From: a virus
Taxonomy: Duplodnaviria; Caudoviricetes
Direction: 5' to 3' (one strand)
Virus record (IMG/VR): IMGVR_UViG_3300047280_000041
Span: 7,629-71,628 of that record
DNA length: 64,000 bases
Under the pieces are notes generated by a model. That model worked only from the letters and a program-made list of their open reading frames with translations, was not told the DNA's origin and did no database searches. Made by a program: the position numbers and the translations under genes. The first letter of the stretch is position 1, and each line of letters begins with the position of its first letter. Below, piece by piece: positions 55,418 through 63,818 of this stretch.

Positions 55418-56437
55418 TTAGAACAATTTCGCTGCAGACTCGGTGACCCATTTCTGCACCGCAGCGTGGCTCATCATAGCTTTGTTGCGGCGGATGGTTT
55501 CACGCATGGTCACCACCTGGAATTCCACAGGCAAACGAGAGATGAACTTCATGAGCGAACCGAAGTTGTCTACCGTTGCGTTGTGGGCCAGGGAGCCCGT
55601 GAGCGCATAGAGAATTGATGGCTCGTTTGGTACCTTGATGGTCTCAGGTGCAGCCACAATGGCGGCCATCTTGGGCAGGTCAGCAAAGATCTTCACAAAG
55701 GTCAGGAACTCGCGTGCCACGCCTTCGCTCAAGGTGCCGCTCAGCATGGGCAAGCGGTTGGGTGAACCATCTTCAGTCACTTTCATCACACGGTTGGCAA
55801 ATTCCCAGGTGCGTGGGCACGCATAGGTTTTGTCTGTGTGGTCTGGTTTGAAGGTGTAGAGCTGCCCAGGCTTGAACTGGATGAAGCTCGTGATCATGTG
55901 GTGGACATCGTTGTTCTGAGCCCACTCAACCCACGAGTCAGAATCCACAACGAGCTCAATGTGAGCCAAGCGAGACTGCAAGGCAGTACTCATCTCTTCC
56001 ACGATTGCGCCGTCTGTCTCAAGGTTGCCGGCAGCCACCAGTGCGCAGTTCTTGTGCAGGTGGCGTTGGCCAATCATGCGATCCAGGATCACCTTGTAGG
56101 CTGCGGCCTGCACTGCTTTGGGAGCAGAGTTGGCTTCGTCAAAAAACAGCAGCCAACCGTTGTAGCCAGTGGGTGGAGCCTCGCCTTCCAATGGGAAGGT
56201 GTCCATCGGCAGGTAGCCTGCCTTCTGGCGAGCCACATCGATCTGTGGGAAGCCAGCTAGGTCGGTGGGGTCACACTGGCTGAGACGTAGGTCAATGAGC
56301 TTGAGGCCGTATTCCTTGGCGATCTGGGCCACGATCTGGCTCTTGCCGATACCAGGTGAGCCATGAACCATGGGAACAATGCCAGCCTTGATGAAGTCGG
56401 TGACCATGGAGGTCGCCTGGTTGATTTTTACTTGCAC
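55418..56437 (-). CDS. MoxR-like AAA+ ATPase (N4 gp24-like)
   Basis: GSPGIGKS, LFFDEAN, AAGN, ALQSR, CPRTWE; paired with the vWA gene. Confidence 0.92.
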   Translation of the reverse strand: MQVKINQATSMVTDFIKAGIVPMVHGSPGIGKSQIVAQIAKEYGLKLIDLRLSQCDPTDLAGFPQIDVARQKAGYLPMDTFPLEGEAPPTGYNGWLLFFDEANSAPKAVQAAAYKVILDRMIGQRHLHKNCALVAAGNLETDGAIVEEMSTALQSRLAHIELVVDSDSWVEWAQNNDVHHMITSFIQFKPGQLYTFKPDHTDKTYACPRTWEFANRVMKVTEDGSPNRLPMLSGTLSEGVAREFLTFVKIFADLPKMAAIVAAPETIKVPNEPSILYALTGSLAHNATVDNFGSLMKFISRLPVEFQVVTMRETIRRNKAMMSHAAVQKWVTESAAKLF

Positions 56438-56619
56438 GAGGAGACTTTCAGAAGAGTGTTGTGGTAGGTCATCAGCAGACTGAACAGGTCGTTCTTGTCT
56501 GTGATGGGTAGTTTGGATTCAGCGAAGTCGACGACATCCTGAAGGGAGCCCAGTGTTGGAAACAGGGCCATAGGAGCCGCGCGGAGCTGCGGCTGTGGAT
56601 TACTTGCGGATTTGGGCAT
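56428..56619 (-). CDS. Hypothetical protein
   Basis: LFPTLGSLQDVVDFAESKLPI...LLMTYHNTLL, seen in N4-like early/middle regions. Confidence 0.6.
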   Translation of the reverse strand: MPKSASNPQPQLRAAPMALFPTLGSLQDVVDFAESKLPITDKNDLFSLLMTYHNTLLKVSSCK

Positions 56620-56926
56620 TTTCTTGTTTTGGGGTACGCCAGAAGATGGCTTTGATCAAGCACTTCACTTTTTCAGCAAAGGTGAGCTCAATCATGTCGA
56701 TGTGCAGTTCTAACTGCTTCGGATGTGGTTGTTCGGCAATCTGAATGTCAGCAGGCTTGATTCGCTTGGCTCGTACCTTGTTGACACCTTGCTCAACCAA
56801 TACTCGGTTGATGGTGCGCTGAGATACGCCAAAGTTAATGCCCAGCTCACTGCTGGATTGCTTGTACACGTCGTAGGAGAAGGCGATTTGGATCTTGTCT
56901 TCTTCGGTAAGGCATTTGACTGTCAT
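56600..56926 (-). CDS. HTH DNA-binding protein
   Basis: SSSELGINFGVSQRTINRVL helix-turn-helix. Confidence 0.75.
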   Translation of the reverse strand: MTVKCLTEEDKIQIAFSYDVYKQSSSELGINFGVSQRTINRVLVEQGVNKVRAKRIKPADIQIAEQPHPKQLELHIDMIELTFAEKVKCLIKAIFWRTPKQENAQIRK

Positions 56927-57267
56927 GGCTGGTCCTTAGTAGTTTGACGAAGCTCTTCCGCTACTTCCATGAGCGCATTGCTCATGCTTTGGAAGTGGTT
57001 GAGTGCTTTCTGTGTTGGGTGGAGGAACTTGGTTCGACGGTTTTTGCCTTCGAAGTGCTGGTAGATCAGGTTGGCTTCCATCAGATCATCTAGCTTGCGG
57101 TGCAATGTGGCTGGTGAAGCCACTTCCTGAAGGCTCATAGCTTCTGTCACCGTCAATGCTTCGAATTTTGCGCAACAAGCAATGATTTCAAGCAGTCGAA
57201 CGGCAGTGGGATCAACAGGAAGCTTGTAGTGTTCTGAATGAGAGAGAAATTTTAAGTAGGCTGACAT
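56923..57267 (-). CDS. Winged-helix (MarR-like) transcription regulator
   Basis: LTVTEAM...SPATLHRKLDDLMEANLI...NRRTKFLHPT; start at ATG 57267. Confidence 0.75.
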   Translation of the reverse strand: MSAYLKFLSHSEHYKLPVDPTAVRLLEIIACCAKFEALTVTEAMSLQEVASPATLHRKLDDLMEANLIYQHFEGKNRRTKFLHPTQKALNHFQSMSNALMEVAEELRQTTKDQP

Positions 57268-57461
57268 TGAGCAGCGCCTTTCTTTAAGTCTGTGTTGAGG
57301 CGGTATTGCAGGGCCATGCCCCAGATGGTTCCCCAAATGATCCAGATCACTCGAGCTGCGACGTTCCAGGTTTCAGGATCACGGTCCCAGTTGATGAAGC
57401 CCATCAACACGTAAGCCACGAGGTACATGATTGGGTAGGCAAGTAAATCAGCGAATTTCAT
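57252..57461 (-). CDS. Small membrane protein
   Basis: Two hydrophobic segments, 69 aa. Confidence 0.55.
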   Translation of the reverse strand: MKFADLLAYPIMYLVAYVLMGFINWDRDPETWNVAARVIWIIWGTIWGMALQYRLNTDLKKGAAQCQPT

Positions 57462-57649
57462 AAAGCACTTTCGAGGTTTCTTCCAGCCCACTCGATGTAC
57501 TTGGCAGTCGTGCGGGCTATCTTGCTGGGTTTCTTTTTTGGCTTGGGCTTTGGTTTGACTGGAGCTTTGGCTGGTTCCACCGGTTCCACCGGTTTCACCG
57601 GATCTACCTGTTTTGGCCAGGGTGCTCCAGGTGCAAGGACTGTTTTCAT
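57458..57649 (-). CDS. Pro/Lys-rich hypothetical protein
   Basis: LAPGAPWP and PVKPVEPVEP repeats (ggttccacc repeats at about 57573-57599). Confidence 0.6.
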   Translation of the reverse strand: MKTVLAPGAPWPKQVDPVKPVEPVEPAKAPVKPKPKPKKKPSKIARTTAKYIEWAGRNLESAL

Positions 57650-57789
57650 GGCTCCATCTCCTCTTTCTTTTCGGAGTAGCCACAGTCATCGCATTGCCAG
57701 TACGACCAGTGAGGCTGTGAATAAATAGGCCCACCGCACCTTGGGCAGGTGGGCTCGTCATCTTCTAAATCGTCTCGATCTTCTGGCAT
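57646..57789 (-). CDS. Zinc-ribbon protein
   Basis: CPRCGG...WQCDDCG; 47 aa. Confidence 0.55.
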   Translation of the reverse strand: MPEDRDDLEDDEPTCPRCGGPIYSQPHWSYWQCDDCGYSEKKEEMEP

Positions 57790-57907
57790 GTGTACACCTT
57801 GGGTTTTTGGGAGACGTAGTAAAAGGTCACTGCAGCGAGCAACACGGTGGTGGCCAAGACTGTCGCAGCGATGGTGATCAGGATGGTTTTCATGGTTGAA
57901 CGTCTTT

Positions 57908-58189
57908 CTACATATCAAAGAATGCAATGCCCATCAAGATCAGTGCACCCACAATAAGGAGACGCAAAAAGTACTTGGCAGTGTCCATGCGTTCTTTGTG
58001 TTCTGCAATCAGAGCGTCACGTTCCTCAAGGAACTTTTGATACACCCCCGGCGGTGCTTCATAAATAAACCACTCGTGCAGTTTTTTCATCTGTTCTTCA
58101 CGAGCATACTTTTCTCGAGCTCGCTCAAGAGCAGCTCGATCAAGCATTGAAAGTGGCTCTTCTGGGAGTGATCTTGTTGATTTAGGCAT
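57908..58189 (-). CDS. Membrane protein, AT-rich (moron-like)
   Basis: Charged helix with a C-terminal TM; upstream region is AT-rich; start uncertain. Confidence 0.55.
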   Translation of the reverse strand: MPKSTRSLPEEPLSMLDRAALERAREKYAREEQMKKLHEWFIYEAPPGVYQKFLEERDALIAEHKERMDTAKYFLRLLIVGALILMGIAFFDM

Positions 58190-58303
58190 TGCTGTCTTTC
58201 TATCGGCTGTATATCGCCGAAAAATCATTTTTTTGAAAGTTAGGATATCGGTACAGGTTTTTGGAGAAGTCTGAGAGAACTTCTCTGAACTTCTCAGCTG
58301 AAC

Positions 58304-58337
58304 AAAAAAATAGGGTCTACCCTTTCGGATAGACCCC
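58304..58337 (-). terminator. Rho-independent terminator after the RNAP II operon
   Basis: aaaaaaatagggtcta-ccctttcgga-tagaccc. Confidence 0.75.
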
Positions 58338-58378
58338 ACTTCACCCAGTCACCAAAGCGCCCGGATGGGCGCAATGGG

Positions 58379-58711
58379 TCACTGAATACCTAGCACCAAC
58401 TTCGTAGCCCGTTCGATCTCAAGGATCTCTTTCTGATCTTCAGTCAAGTTGTTTAGAACTTCGCCATCAACATCTAGCTGAACTCCTGGGCCAGGTATAA
58501 ACCCAGAACAAGCTTCGGCAAAGTTCAATTCCTGGGCTTTGCTGTAGAAGTTGTCAAAAGGTGCAGCTGGATTCAACCCTTTTGCACAGTTGAAGGTGGT
58601 GCCCTCAACGGTGTAGTTGCTGTATCCCTCATCCCGAAGGATGTGGAATCGGCATTGGGTGCATTTCTTAAACAAAGACACCCATGGTCTGCGTGGCTTA
58701 ACAGAGGCCAT
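58379..58711 (-). CDS. Hypothetical protein with four Cys
   Basis: CTQC...YSNYTVEG...C...C. Confidence 0.6.
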   Translation of the reverse strand: MASVKPRRPWVSLFKKCTQCRFHILRDEGYSNYTVEGTTFNCAKGLNPAAPFDNFYSKAQELNFAEACSGFIPGPGVQLDVDGEVLNNLTEDQKEILEIERATKLVLGIQ

Positions 58712-59948
58712 AGTTGCTTTCCCGGATCACTTTGCCCAGCTCATGGTCAAGCTTAGGGAAATACCCTTGCTTGCCGTGGATCTGGGTCAACAGGTCGTCC
58801 AGCAAGAAGCTGTCGGCCAGATCAGCCATGATTTCCTTGTACTGGTAACGCACCCAGTTCATGTTGTTGGCGTGAGCCTTGAACTCGTCATGGATGGTCA
58901 CCAGCTCGAATGGCTGGTACTGGAGCATGTTGTTGACAATCGTAGCCAGGGCTTCCAGATGCTTTTGGCTCAGGTGACAGATGTTCTTGCTGTCCAGGTA
59001 GGGCAGGATCACAACGTCAGCCACAGTCGAGCGCTGGTATTGCTCGATGTAGTAGCCTGCTTTGCCAAGGCTGGAGAAGGTTCCAGGACAAGTGTGCAAG
59101 CCCAGGCTGCGCGCAATCATCTCGATTTCGATCAGCCCAGCAGCATGTTCCACCAGCTCACGGTCGTAATTACAACGGCGGTGCATGCTGCGCAGGATGT
59201 AGGCATCCACACTGTGAGTCAGGTTGGCAGCATTGCTTAGGCCAGCCTTCTGCCCTTGGTTCTCGTAGAACTCATAGGTAAAGGTGGCATGGTCAAGCTC
59301 GTCAACCTCAATGCGGGCTTCCTTCTTGGTCATGACCTTGATGCGGGCATCAAAGCCGTCAGGCATTACCCAGGAATGCTGCAAAGCATAGGGTTGCCAG
59401 CTGGCCAACAAGTCCTGCAACAGTTCCCAAGCACCCGGTGCAATGGTCTTGGCAGCCTGATAAAAGGCAGCCAGCTCAAGGGTTTCCTCACCGAACAGCG
59501 CCTTGGGCTGGGCCTTGGAACCGTAGAACGATGTCATCAGGGCCTGCTTGGCATCGCTGCGCGGTACCACCAGATTGCCACCAAGGATGACATTCATGGC
59601 GTCAGTGCACGCGGTATAAGCATCGGCACGGACATTGGGGTCAACCAGGCCAGTGGCCTTGGCACCTTCATAGCAGCCTGTGAGGACTGACATGACCTGG
59701 ATGCCAGAGCAGGTGCCATCGACACCCACCAGATGTCCGCTGGGAATACCCTGTTGGGCTTTGCGGATGGCTTGGACAGCTTTGAGATAAAGCGGCTTGG
59801 TTTCAGCTTGATCAGCCATGGATTCAAGAACATCAAGATGTTCCTTAGCCCATTGAATGCGCTCTTCAAACGTCAGTTTGTCGAGACCATACTGCGTAGC
59901 AGCATCAATGAGCAAGTACTCGTATCCGGTATAGAAAGTCATTGCCAT
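58698..59948 (-). CDS. RNA polymerase II subunit 2 (N4 gp16-like)
   Basis: T7-type motifs VDGTCSGIQ (A), RSDAKQALMTSFYG (B), TIHDEF (C). Confidence 0.95.
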   Translation of the reverse strand: MAMTFYTGYEYLLIDAATQYGLDKLTFEERIQWAKEHLDVLESMADQAETKPLYLKAVQAIRKAQQGIPSGHLVGVDGTCSGIQVMSVLTGCYEGAKATGLVDPNVRADAYTACTDAMNVILGGNLVVPRSDAKQALMTSFYGSKAQPKALFGEETLELAAFYQAAKTIAPGAWELLQDLLASWQPYALQHSWVMPDGFDARIKVMTKKEARIEVDELDHATFTYEFYENQGQKAGLSNAANLTHSVDAYILRSMHRRCNYDRELVEHAAGLIEIEMIARSLGLHTCPGTFSSLGKAGYYIEQYQRSTVADVVILPYLDSKNICHLSQKHLEALATIVNNMLQYQPFELVTIHDEFKAHANNMNWVRYQYKEIMADLADSFLLDDLLTQIHGKQGYFPKLDHELGKVIRESNYGLC

Positions 59949-59962
59949 TGATGGCTCCTTGG

Positions 59963-60217
59963 TTAAGTTTGAAGTAGTTCGAGTACTAGAAGTTCTTTGG
60001 GAACTTCTACATCTTTCACTGGAATGAGGTCACATCGGTACCATTCGGTGCCGATGTAGTCAGGTGCACCTGTACATGCCAGGTAGCCACCGTTGTAGGT
60101 CTCAGGACCAAGCTCGTGCAGGATTTCACGGGCTATAAAGCCGAGACTGGTGTCTCGGAAGCTGCTTCGAAACCACTGTTTGACGAGTTGGTTTGAGTAG
60201 TACAAGCGAATGATCAC
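59963..60217 (-). CDS. Small paralog 5 of the RNAP-intervening array (divergent)
   Basis: C-terminus VPKELLVLELL. Confidence 0.6.
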   Translation of the reverse strand: MIIRLYYSNQLVKQWFRSSFRDTSLGFIAREILHELGPETYNGGYLACTGAPDYIGTEWYRCDLIPVKDVEVPKELLVLELLQT

Positions 60218-60438
60218 GGCACATCCAGGATGAGTAGATGTGCCTTGAAGGCCGTTGGGAAGTTGTCAGGTTTGACTTCTTGTATGTTGCCGCCAAGGAC
60301 CATTCCCCAAGTGGGAGACTGAAGATCGTGGCCCATGTCGAGACAGTAGTAACCCTGATACAGCTTAAGATCATCAAGGCACAAGTAATCAAGCTGGACA
60401 AGATTGCCCATGCGGTACAGGTAGTAGCGTGGTTTCAT
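60214..60438 (-). CDS. Small paralog 4
   Basis: RYYLYR N-terminus; FPTAFKAHLLILDV C-terminus. Confidence 0.65.
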   Translation of the reverse strand: MKPRYYLYRMGNLVQLDYLCLDDLKLYQGYYCLDMGHDLQSPTWGMVLGGNIQEVKPDNFPTAFKAHLLILDVP

Positions 60439-60656
60439 TGAAAGGCTCCTAGGATCAGTAGTTTGGTTTTGAACTCAGCTGGGATGGAGTCCACATCGCG
60501 TGGCCACCATCTGCCTTTGGCAATGACACCCCACCGGTCATCAGCTTCATTTTCAACAGGGTCGAAGATGAAGTAATGCTCGTAGCGAGAAGCGCTGTCC
60601 CAGTCTGAGCAAACAGTGACATCACCACCTTTCCAGACGTAGTACGGCCGGCTCAT
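60435..60656 (-). CDS. Small paralog 3
   Basis: PYYVWK N-terminus; IPAEFKTKLLILGA C-terminus; start at ATG 60656. Confidence 0.65.
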   Translation of the reverse strand: MSRPYYVWKGGDVTVCSDWDSASRYEHYFIFDPVENEADDRWGVIAKGRWWPRDVDSIPAEFKTKLLILGAFQ

Positions 60657-60868
60657 GACGGCACTCCCAAGATCAACAGGTGCATCAAGAACTCCTTGGG
60701 CATGTGCTGTTTGGCTCGCCTTGTGAGCTTGCCTTTGAACAACACCTGCCATTTGAGGCCTTCGTTGAATGCCAATGGGTCGTACACGAAAGCGTGCCGA
60801 TACCGCATCAGGTTGAATTCCTTGGTCACCACGATTGGTGCTTTGCCTGTCCAAAGGTAGTAGTTCAT
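60653..60868 (-). CDS. Small paralog 2
   Basis: NYYLWT N-terminus; MPKEFLMHLLILGV C-terminus. Confidence 0.65.
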   Translation of the reverse strand: MNYYLWTGKAPIVVTKEFNLMRYRHAFVYDPLAFNEGLKWQVLFKGKLTRRAKQHMPKEFLMHLLILGVPS

Positions 60869-61128
60869 GACACCCCCAACAGAAGTAGGTGTGCCCTGAA
60901 CTCAGCCGGGAATTCTTGGATATGTCTGGTTTCCCAGGTGGCAGTCCAGTTACGAAGCCTGTCGTCCTGAGCCCAAATGCCATAGCGCATGTCGGGTTCA
61001 GTTTCAAAGTCATCCACGCAAGGACAGTATCTGTACTTGTGCATGGCTGCTTGTTCGAATGACTCGGTTAGTACCTGAGGTCTGATGTCAACTACCTTGT
61101 CCTGGTACCAGAAGTAGGTCGCCTTCAT
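60865..61128 (-). CDS. Small paralog 1
   Basis: TYFWYQ N-terminus; FPAEFRAHLLLLGV C-terminus. Confidence 0.65.
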   Translation of the reverse strand: MKATYFWYQDKVVDIRPQVLTESFEQAAMHKYRYCPCVDDFETEPDMRYGIWAQDDRLRNWTATWETRHIQEFPAEFRAHLLLLGVS

Positions 61129-62030
61129 GGTGCACCGGTCACGATCTCCTCATGAGCAAGCTCAATCGAGGCTTTCTTGAACGCGGTACCCTGAGTAGTG
61201 ATGTGATAGCCCATAGCATAAATGCGGCCACGTTTATCCACCTTGTGGGTGAGATAGAACCGGTTGTCACATTGCACCATCAGGTTGTAGAACTTGTAGG
61301 ACTGGCGCTTGAACTCAGCCCACTGGTCTTCCTTGTCTTGACTATCCAGCGCGAATGTCGGCTCCTCCTCAACAGTGCTGAGGAAGTCGACATCCAGCTT
61401 CAAGACCACCCGGTTCATCAAGTTCAGGACATCTAGGCAGATGTCACCATCATGGTGATTACCTGTGCCCAGGATCAACGAATCGTTGTGGGTCAGGTAG
61501 CCTGAGCTGTAGTTGTGAGTCAGTTCCAGTGGCTCGCACACCATAGGTGGCAAGTATTGGCTGTTCACAATGAAGTCCACCAGGCTCTCAGACAGAGGTA
61601 TCCGAGACTCGAGCATCAGGCTGGCAGACTTGTCTGCTTTCACGATGTCAAAGGCATCGGTCATGCAGAGGACTGCAAGTAGCTCCGCTACCGTGGTGAT
61701 GGCCTCCGTCCGATCAGAGAACTTCAGTCGGCTGGCAATCTGAGCACTCACCGAAGTGAAGAGCTCTGGCTTTAATGAATAGGCCACGCCTACAAAGATG
61801 TCCAGCACCATGTCAGGTACATCTAGGTTCTCGAGCTGAGCAATGCGCTTCATCTTGGATGCGTAGTACTCCCCAGCTATGTAGTTCTTGACCAGCTCAA
61901 CTCCTTGAGCAAGCTTGGCTTGCATGTCAGGGTGAGTCTTAATGGCAGCACGGATCTTGGCATCTATGTGCTTGCGGTTGTACCGCTGCTCGTTCATCTC
62001 CTGAAGAACGACATGTCTGATTGTTTCCAT
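61125..62030 (-). CDS. RNA polymerase II subunit 1 (N4 gp15-like)
   Basis: YLPPMVCEP, SGYLT, LILG, HKVDKRGRIY (DxRGR) and QGTAFKKA; start at ATG 62030. Confidence 0.93.
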   Translation of the reverse strand: METIRHVVLQEMNEQRYNRKHIDAKIRAAIKTHPDMQAKLAQGVELVKNYIAGEYYASKMKRIAQLENLDVPDMVLDIFVGVAYSLKPELFTSVSAQIASRLKFSDRTEAITTVAELLAVLCMTDAFDIVKADKSASLMLESRIPLSESLVDFIVNSQYLPPMVCEPLELTHNYSSGYLTHNDSLILGTGNHHDGDICLDVLNLMNRVVLKLDVDFLSTVEEEPTFALDSQDKEDQWAEFKRQSYKFYNLMVQCDNRFYLTHKVDKRGRIYAMGYHITTQGTAFKKASIELAHEEIVTGAP

Positions 62031-62060
62031 TTGGTTTCCCTTCAGGTTGAGGCAAAAGCG

Positions 62061-62081
62061 CCAGCACATGCACGGAGTGCA
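62061..62081 (-). promoter_or_regulatory. vRNAP-type hairpin promoter upstream of RNAP1
   Basis: Template (+) strand ccagcaca-TGCAC-GGA-GTGCA. Confidence 0.8.
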
Positions 62082-62177
62082 CCCTGAAGTGACTGTCTCG
62101 GCTGTGGTTCTTTGGTTCCTCTAAAAAGAACACCCACCACCCCCGAAGGGATGATGGGCATGAAATCAAGCCGAAGC

Positions 62178-62456
62178 TTAATTGTCGAGGTCGAAGCCGG
62201 CAGTATCAGCAGGCAAGGCCGACTGGAATTCAATCTCTAGCTTGGCCAGGATCTGAGCAACACGGCTTGGATCTTCGTTCAACCAGGCCAGCAACTGACG
62301 CTCATTGGTGCGCGATTCCTTGAGAGGAATAGCACCGAGCTTCTTGCGTGCACCAGTCTTGGAAGGCAGGTACAGATTCAGAAAGCCTTGAGCTTTCCAG
62401 CTGTCGTTGGAAGGAGTAGCAGCCGCGTTGGACACGGTATTGGTCTTGAAGGTCAT
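62178..62456 (-). CDS. N4 gp2-like ssDNA-binding activator of RNAP II
   Basis: WKAQGFLNLYLPSKTGARKKLGAIPL motif. Confidence 0.8.
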   Translation of the reverse strand: MTFKTNTVSNAAATPSNDSWKAQGFLNLYLPSKTGARKKLGAIPLKESRTNERQLLAWLNEDPSRVAQILAKLEIEFQSALPADTAGFDLDN

Positions 62457-62487
62457 GAGAGTTCCTAAAGAGTTACGGCAGGATTTG

Positions 62488-62508
62488 CCATGGCATGCGC
62501 GGAGCGCA
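62488..62508 (-). promoter_or_regulatory. vRNAP-type hairpin promoter upstream of gp2
   Basis: ccatggca-TGCGC-GGA-GCGCA. Confidence 0.8.
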
Positions 62509-62678
62509 AGGGTTTAAAACGAGCACCTTCCAAAACGGAAGGCACTCTACGTGAAAGGCTTGGTTCCGTATGTAACGGGTTAGCCACGCCATGCAAGCAA
62601 GGCCCCAATAAGGCCAAACACAGCAAGGCAAAGGGCGTTTTGAGCAAACGCAATGAGTTTCTGTTTCATGAGATATAC

Positions 62679-62867
62679 CTAGTGAAGTTCAAGAATTAAG
62701 TCACGGTTGTCCTCTACCACACCCAATGCACAGAGTTCTGGATGGAAGTTGCAGATGTCATCTTCGAATTCTTCGATGGCATCGGCGAGGTTGTTGATGA
62801 GGTCAGACATGACGATCTCCTTGAGTGGACTGAGTTGATTGAGGTGAGGCATAGCGAGCGAGATCAT
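62679..62867 (-). CDS. Small acidic early protein
   Basis: Acidic ORF; true start probably the internal MSDLI after AAGGAG. Confidence 0.45.
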   Translation of the reverse strand: MISLAMPHLNQLSPLKEIVMSDLINNLADAIEEFEDDICNFHPELCALGVVEDNRDLILELH

Positions 62868-63015
62868 CCAACCGAACGTATTCGGTGATGACAGTGGAAG
62901 GCACCAAGCGCAATGCCTTGGCCACCTGAAGTGGAGGCAAGGCTTGGCACCATGCTGAGTAGATGTCCGCTAGGGTTTCTACTGAGAGTTGATTGCGGCT
63001 CATTTGGCACCCCAC
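62803..63015 (-). CDS. Early hypothetical protein
   Basis: MSRNQLS...VPSTVITEYVRLDD; start uncertain. Confidence 0.45.
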   Translation of the reverse strand: MGCQMSRNQLSVETLADIYSAWCQALPPLQVAKALRLVPSTVITEYVRLDDLARYASPQSTQSTQGDRHV

Positions 63016-63224
63016 TTCTGTTCGAAGCGGATGACGCCATAGATGAGAGAGCTGGTGATGAGGAACATCACAACAGCACCGAAGGCCATGACAGCCTCGA
63101 CAAAGGCGTCATTGATGCTGGCGAGTACCAACACATGGGCAAGGCACATCAATGCCGTAGCGCAGGCAATAGGCAGTTCACGATGGATGTAGAACAGGTG
63201 AGAGAGTTGTTTGAAGGTGAGCAT
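63000..63224 (-). CDS. Early membrane protein
   Basis: Two hydrophobic helices; AGGAG RBS. Confidence 0.6.
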   Translation of the reverse strand: MLTFKQLSHLFYIHRELPIACATALMCLAHVLVLASINDAFVEAVMAFGAVVMFLITSSLIYGVIRFEQKWGAK

Positions 63225-63304
63225 GAGAAGTCTCCTGAGTTATCAATTCGAGAGACGACATGTCTTTCGATTCATGGGTGCTACGCACACCATGTGCTTC
63301 GCAT

Positions 63305-63326
63305 CCAGAACATGAGCGGAGCTCAT
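63305..63326 (-). promoter_or_regulatory. vRNAP-type hairpin promoter
   Basis: ccagaac-ATGAGC-GGA-GCTCAT. Confidence 0.8.
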
Positions 63327-63460
63327 TGCAAGCATTAGATATCGGGTGAGTATCGGTTTGATTCGATACTTGAATGAGGGTAATGATTGGGGAAGGATTA
63401 GTGATTCGATACCCAGATGCACATAATCACTCCAATCCCTAAGCTGAAGCTCAGGCCTCG

Positions 63461-63480
63461 CCATCGGAGACGGAGTCTCC
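63461..63480 (-). promoter_or_regulatory. vRNAP-type hairpin promoter
   Basis: ccatc-GGAGAC-GGA-GTCTCC. Confidence 0.7.
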
Positions 63481-63532
63481 TTGTACTTAACTGACTATCT
63501 CAGTTGTGTAATGTGTTTGTGTAAAGGTCTCA

Positions 63533-63550
63533 AGCTCCCCGAAGGGAGCT
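63533..63550 (-). terminator. Stem-loop after first early gene
   Basis: agctccc-cgaa-gggagct. Confidence 0.6.
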
Positions 63551-63555
63551 GAGGT

Positions 63556-63768
63556 TTACTTCACTTGAGCGAGTTGTTTCTCTGTTACTCGTTCTTGTTT
63601 GAGCATTGCATTCATCTTTGATTGACGTTGGACACGGGCTTCATCGGCGAATGCGCCGGCAGTTTCCTCTGACCAGGTGGCGAGGTGCTCGGTTGCTTTA
63701 GCTACCTTTTCGAGTGAGACGAAGAAGATAGTGAAGGCTGCGAAGAGTTGTTTGAACATTGCGAACAT
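63556..63768 (-). CDS. N4 gp1-like first early protein
   Basis: AAGGA RBS; MFAMFKQLFAAF...WSEETAGAFADEA; directly downstream of the outermost hairpin promoter. Confidence 0.65.
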   Translation of the reverse strand: MFAMFKQLFAAFTIFFVSLEKVAKATEHLATWSEETAGAFADEARVQRQSKMNAMLKQERVTEKQLAQVK

Positions 63769-63798
63769 GATTGATTCCTTAAGGTTGAGGGTACGTAC

Positions 63799-63818
63799 CC
63801 AGTACATGGGCGGAGCCC
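63799..63818 (-). promoter_or_regulatory. vRNAP-type hairpin promoter (outermost)
   Basis: ccagtacat-GGGC-GGA-GCCC. Confidence 0.8.

Noticed and set aside
56568-56594. GCGGAGC hairpin (agccgcgc-gga-gctgcggct) as a sixth vRNAP promoter
   Set aside because: Bulged stem inside a coding region and no CCAG..CATG context; likely chance.
57573-57600. ggttccacc tandem repeats as a regulatory repeat or DGR element
   Set aside because: Explained by the PVKPVEPVEP peptide repeat; no reverse transcriptase in the window.
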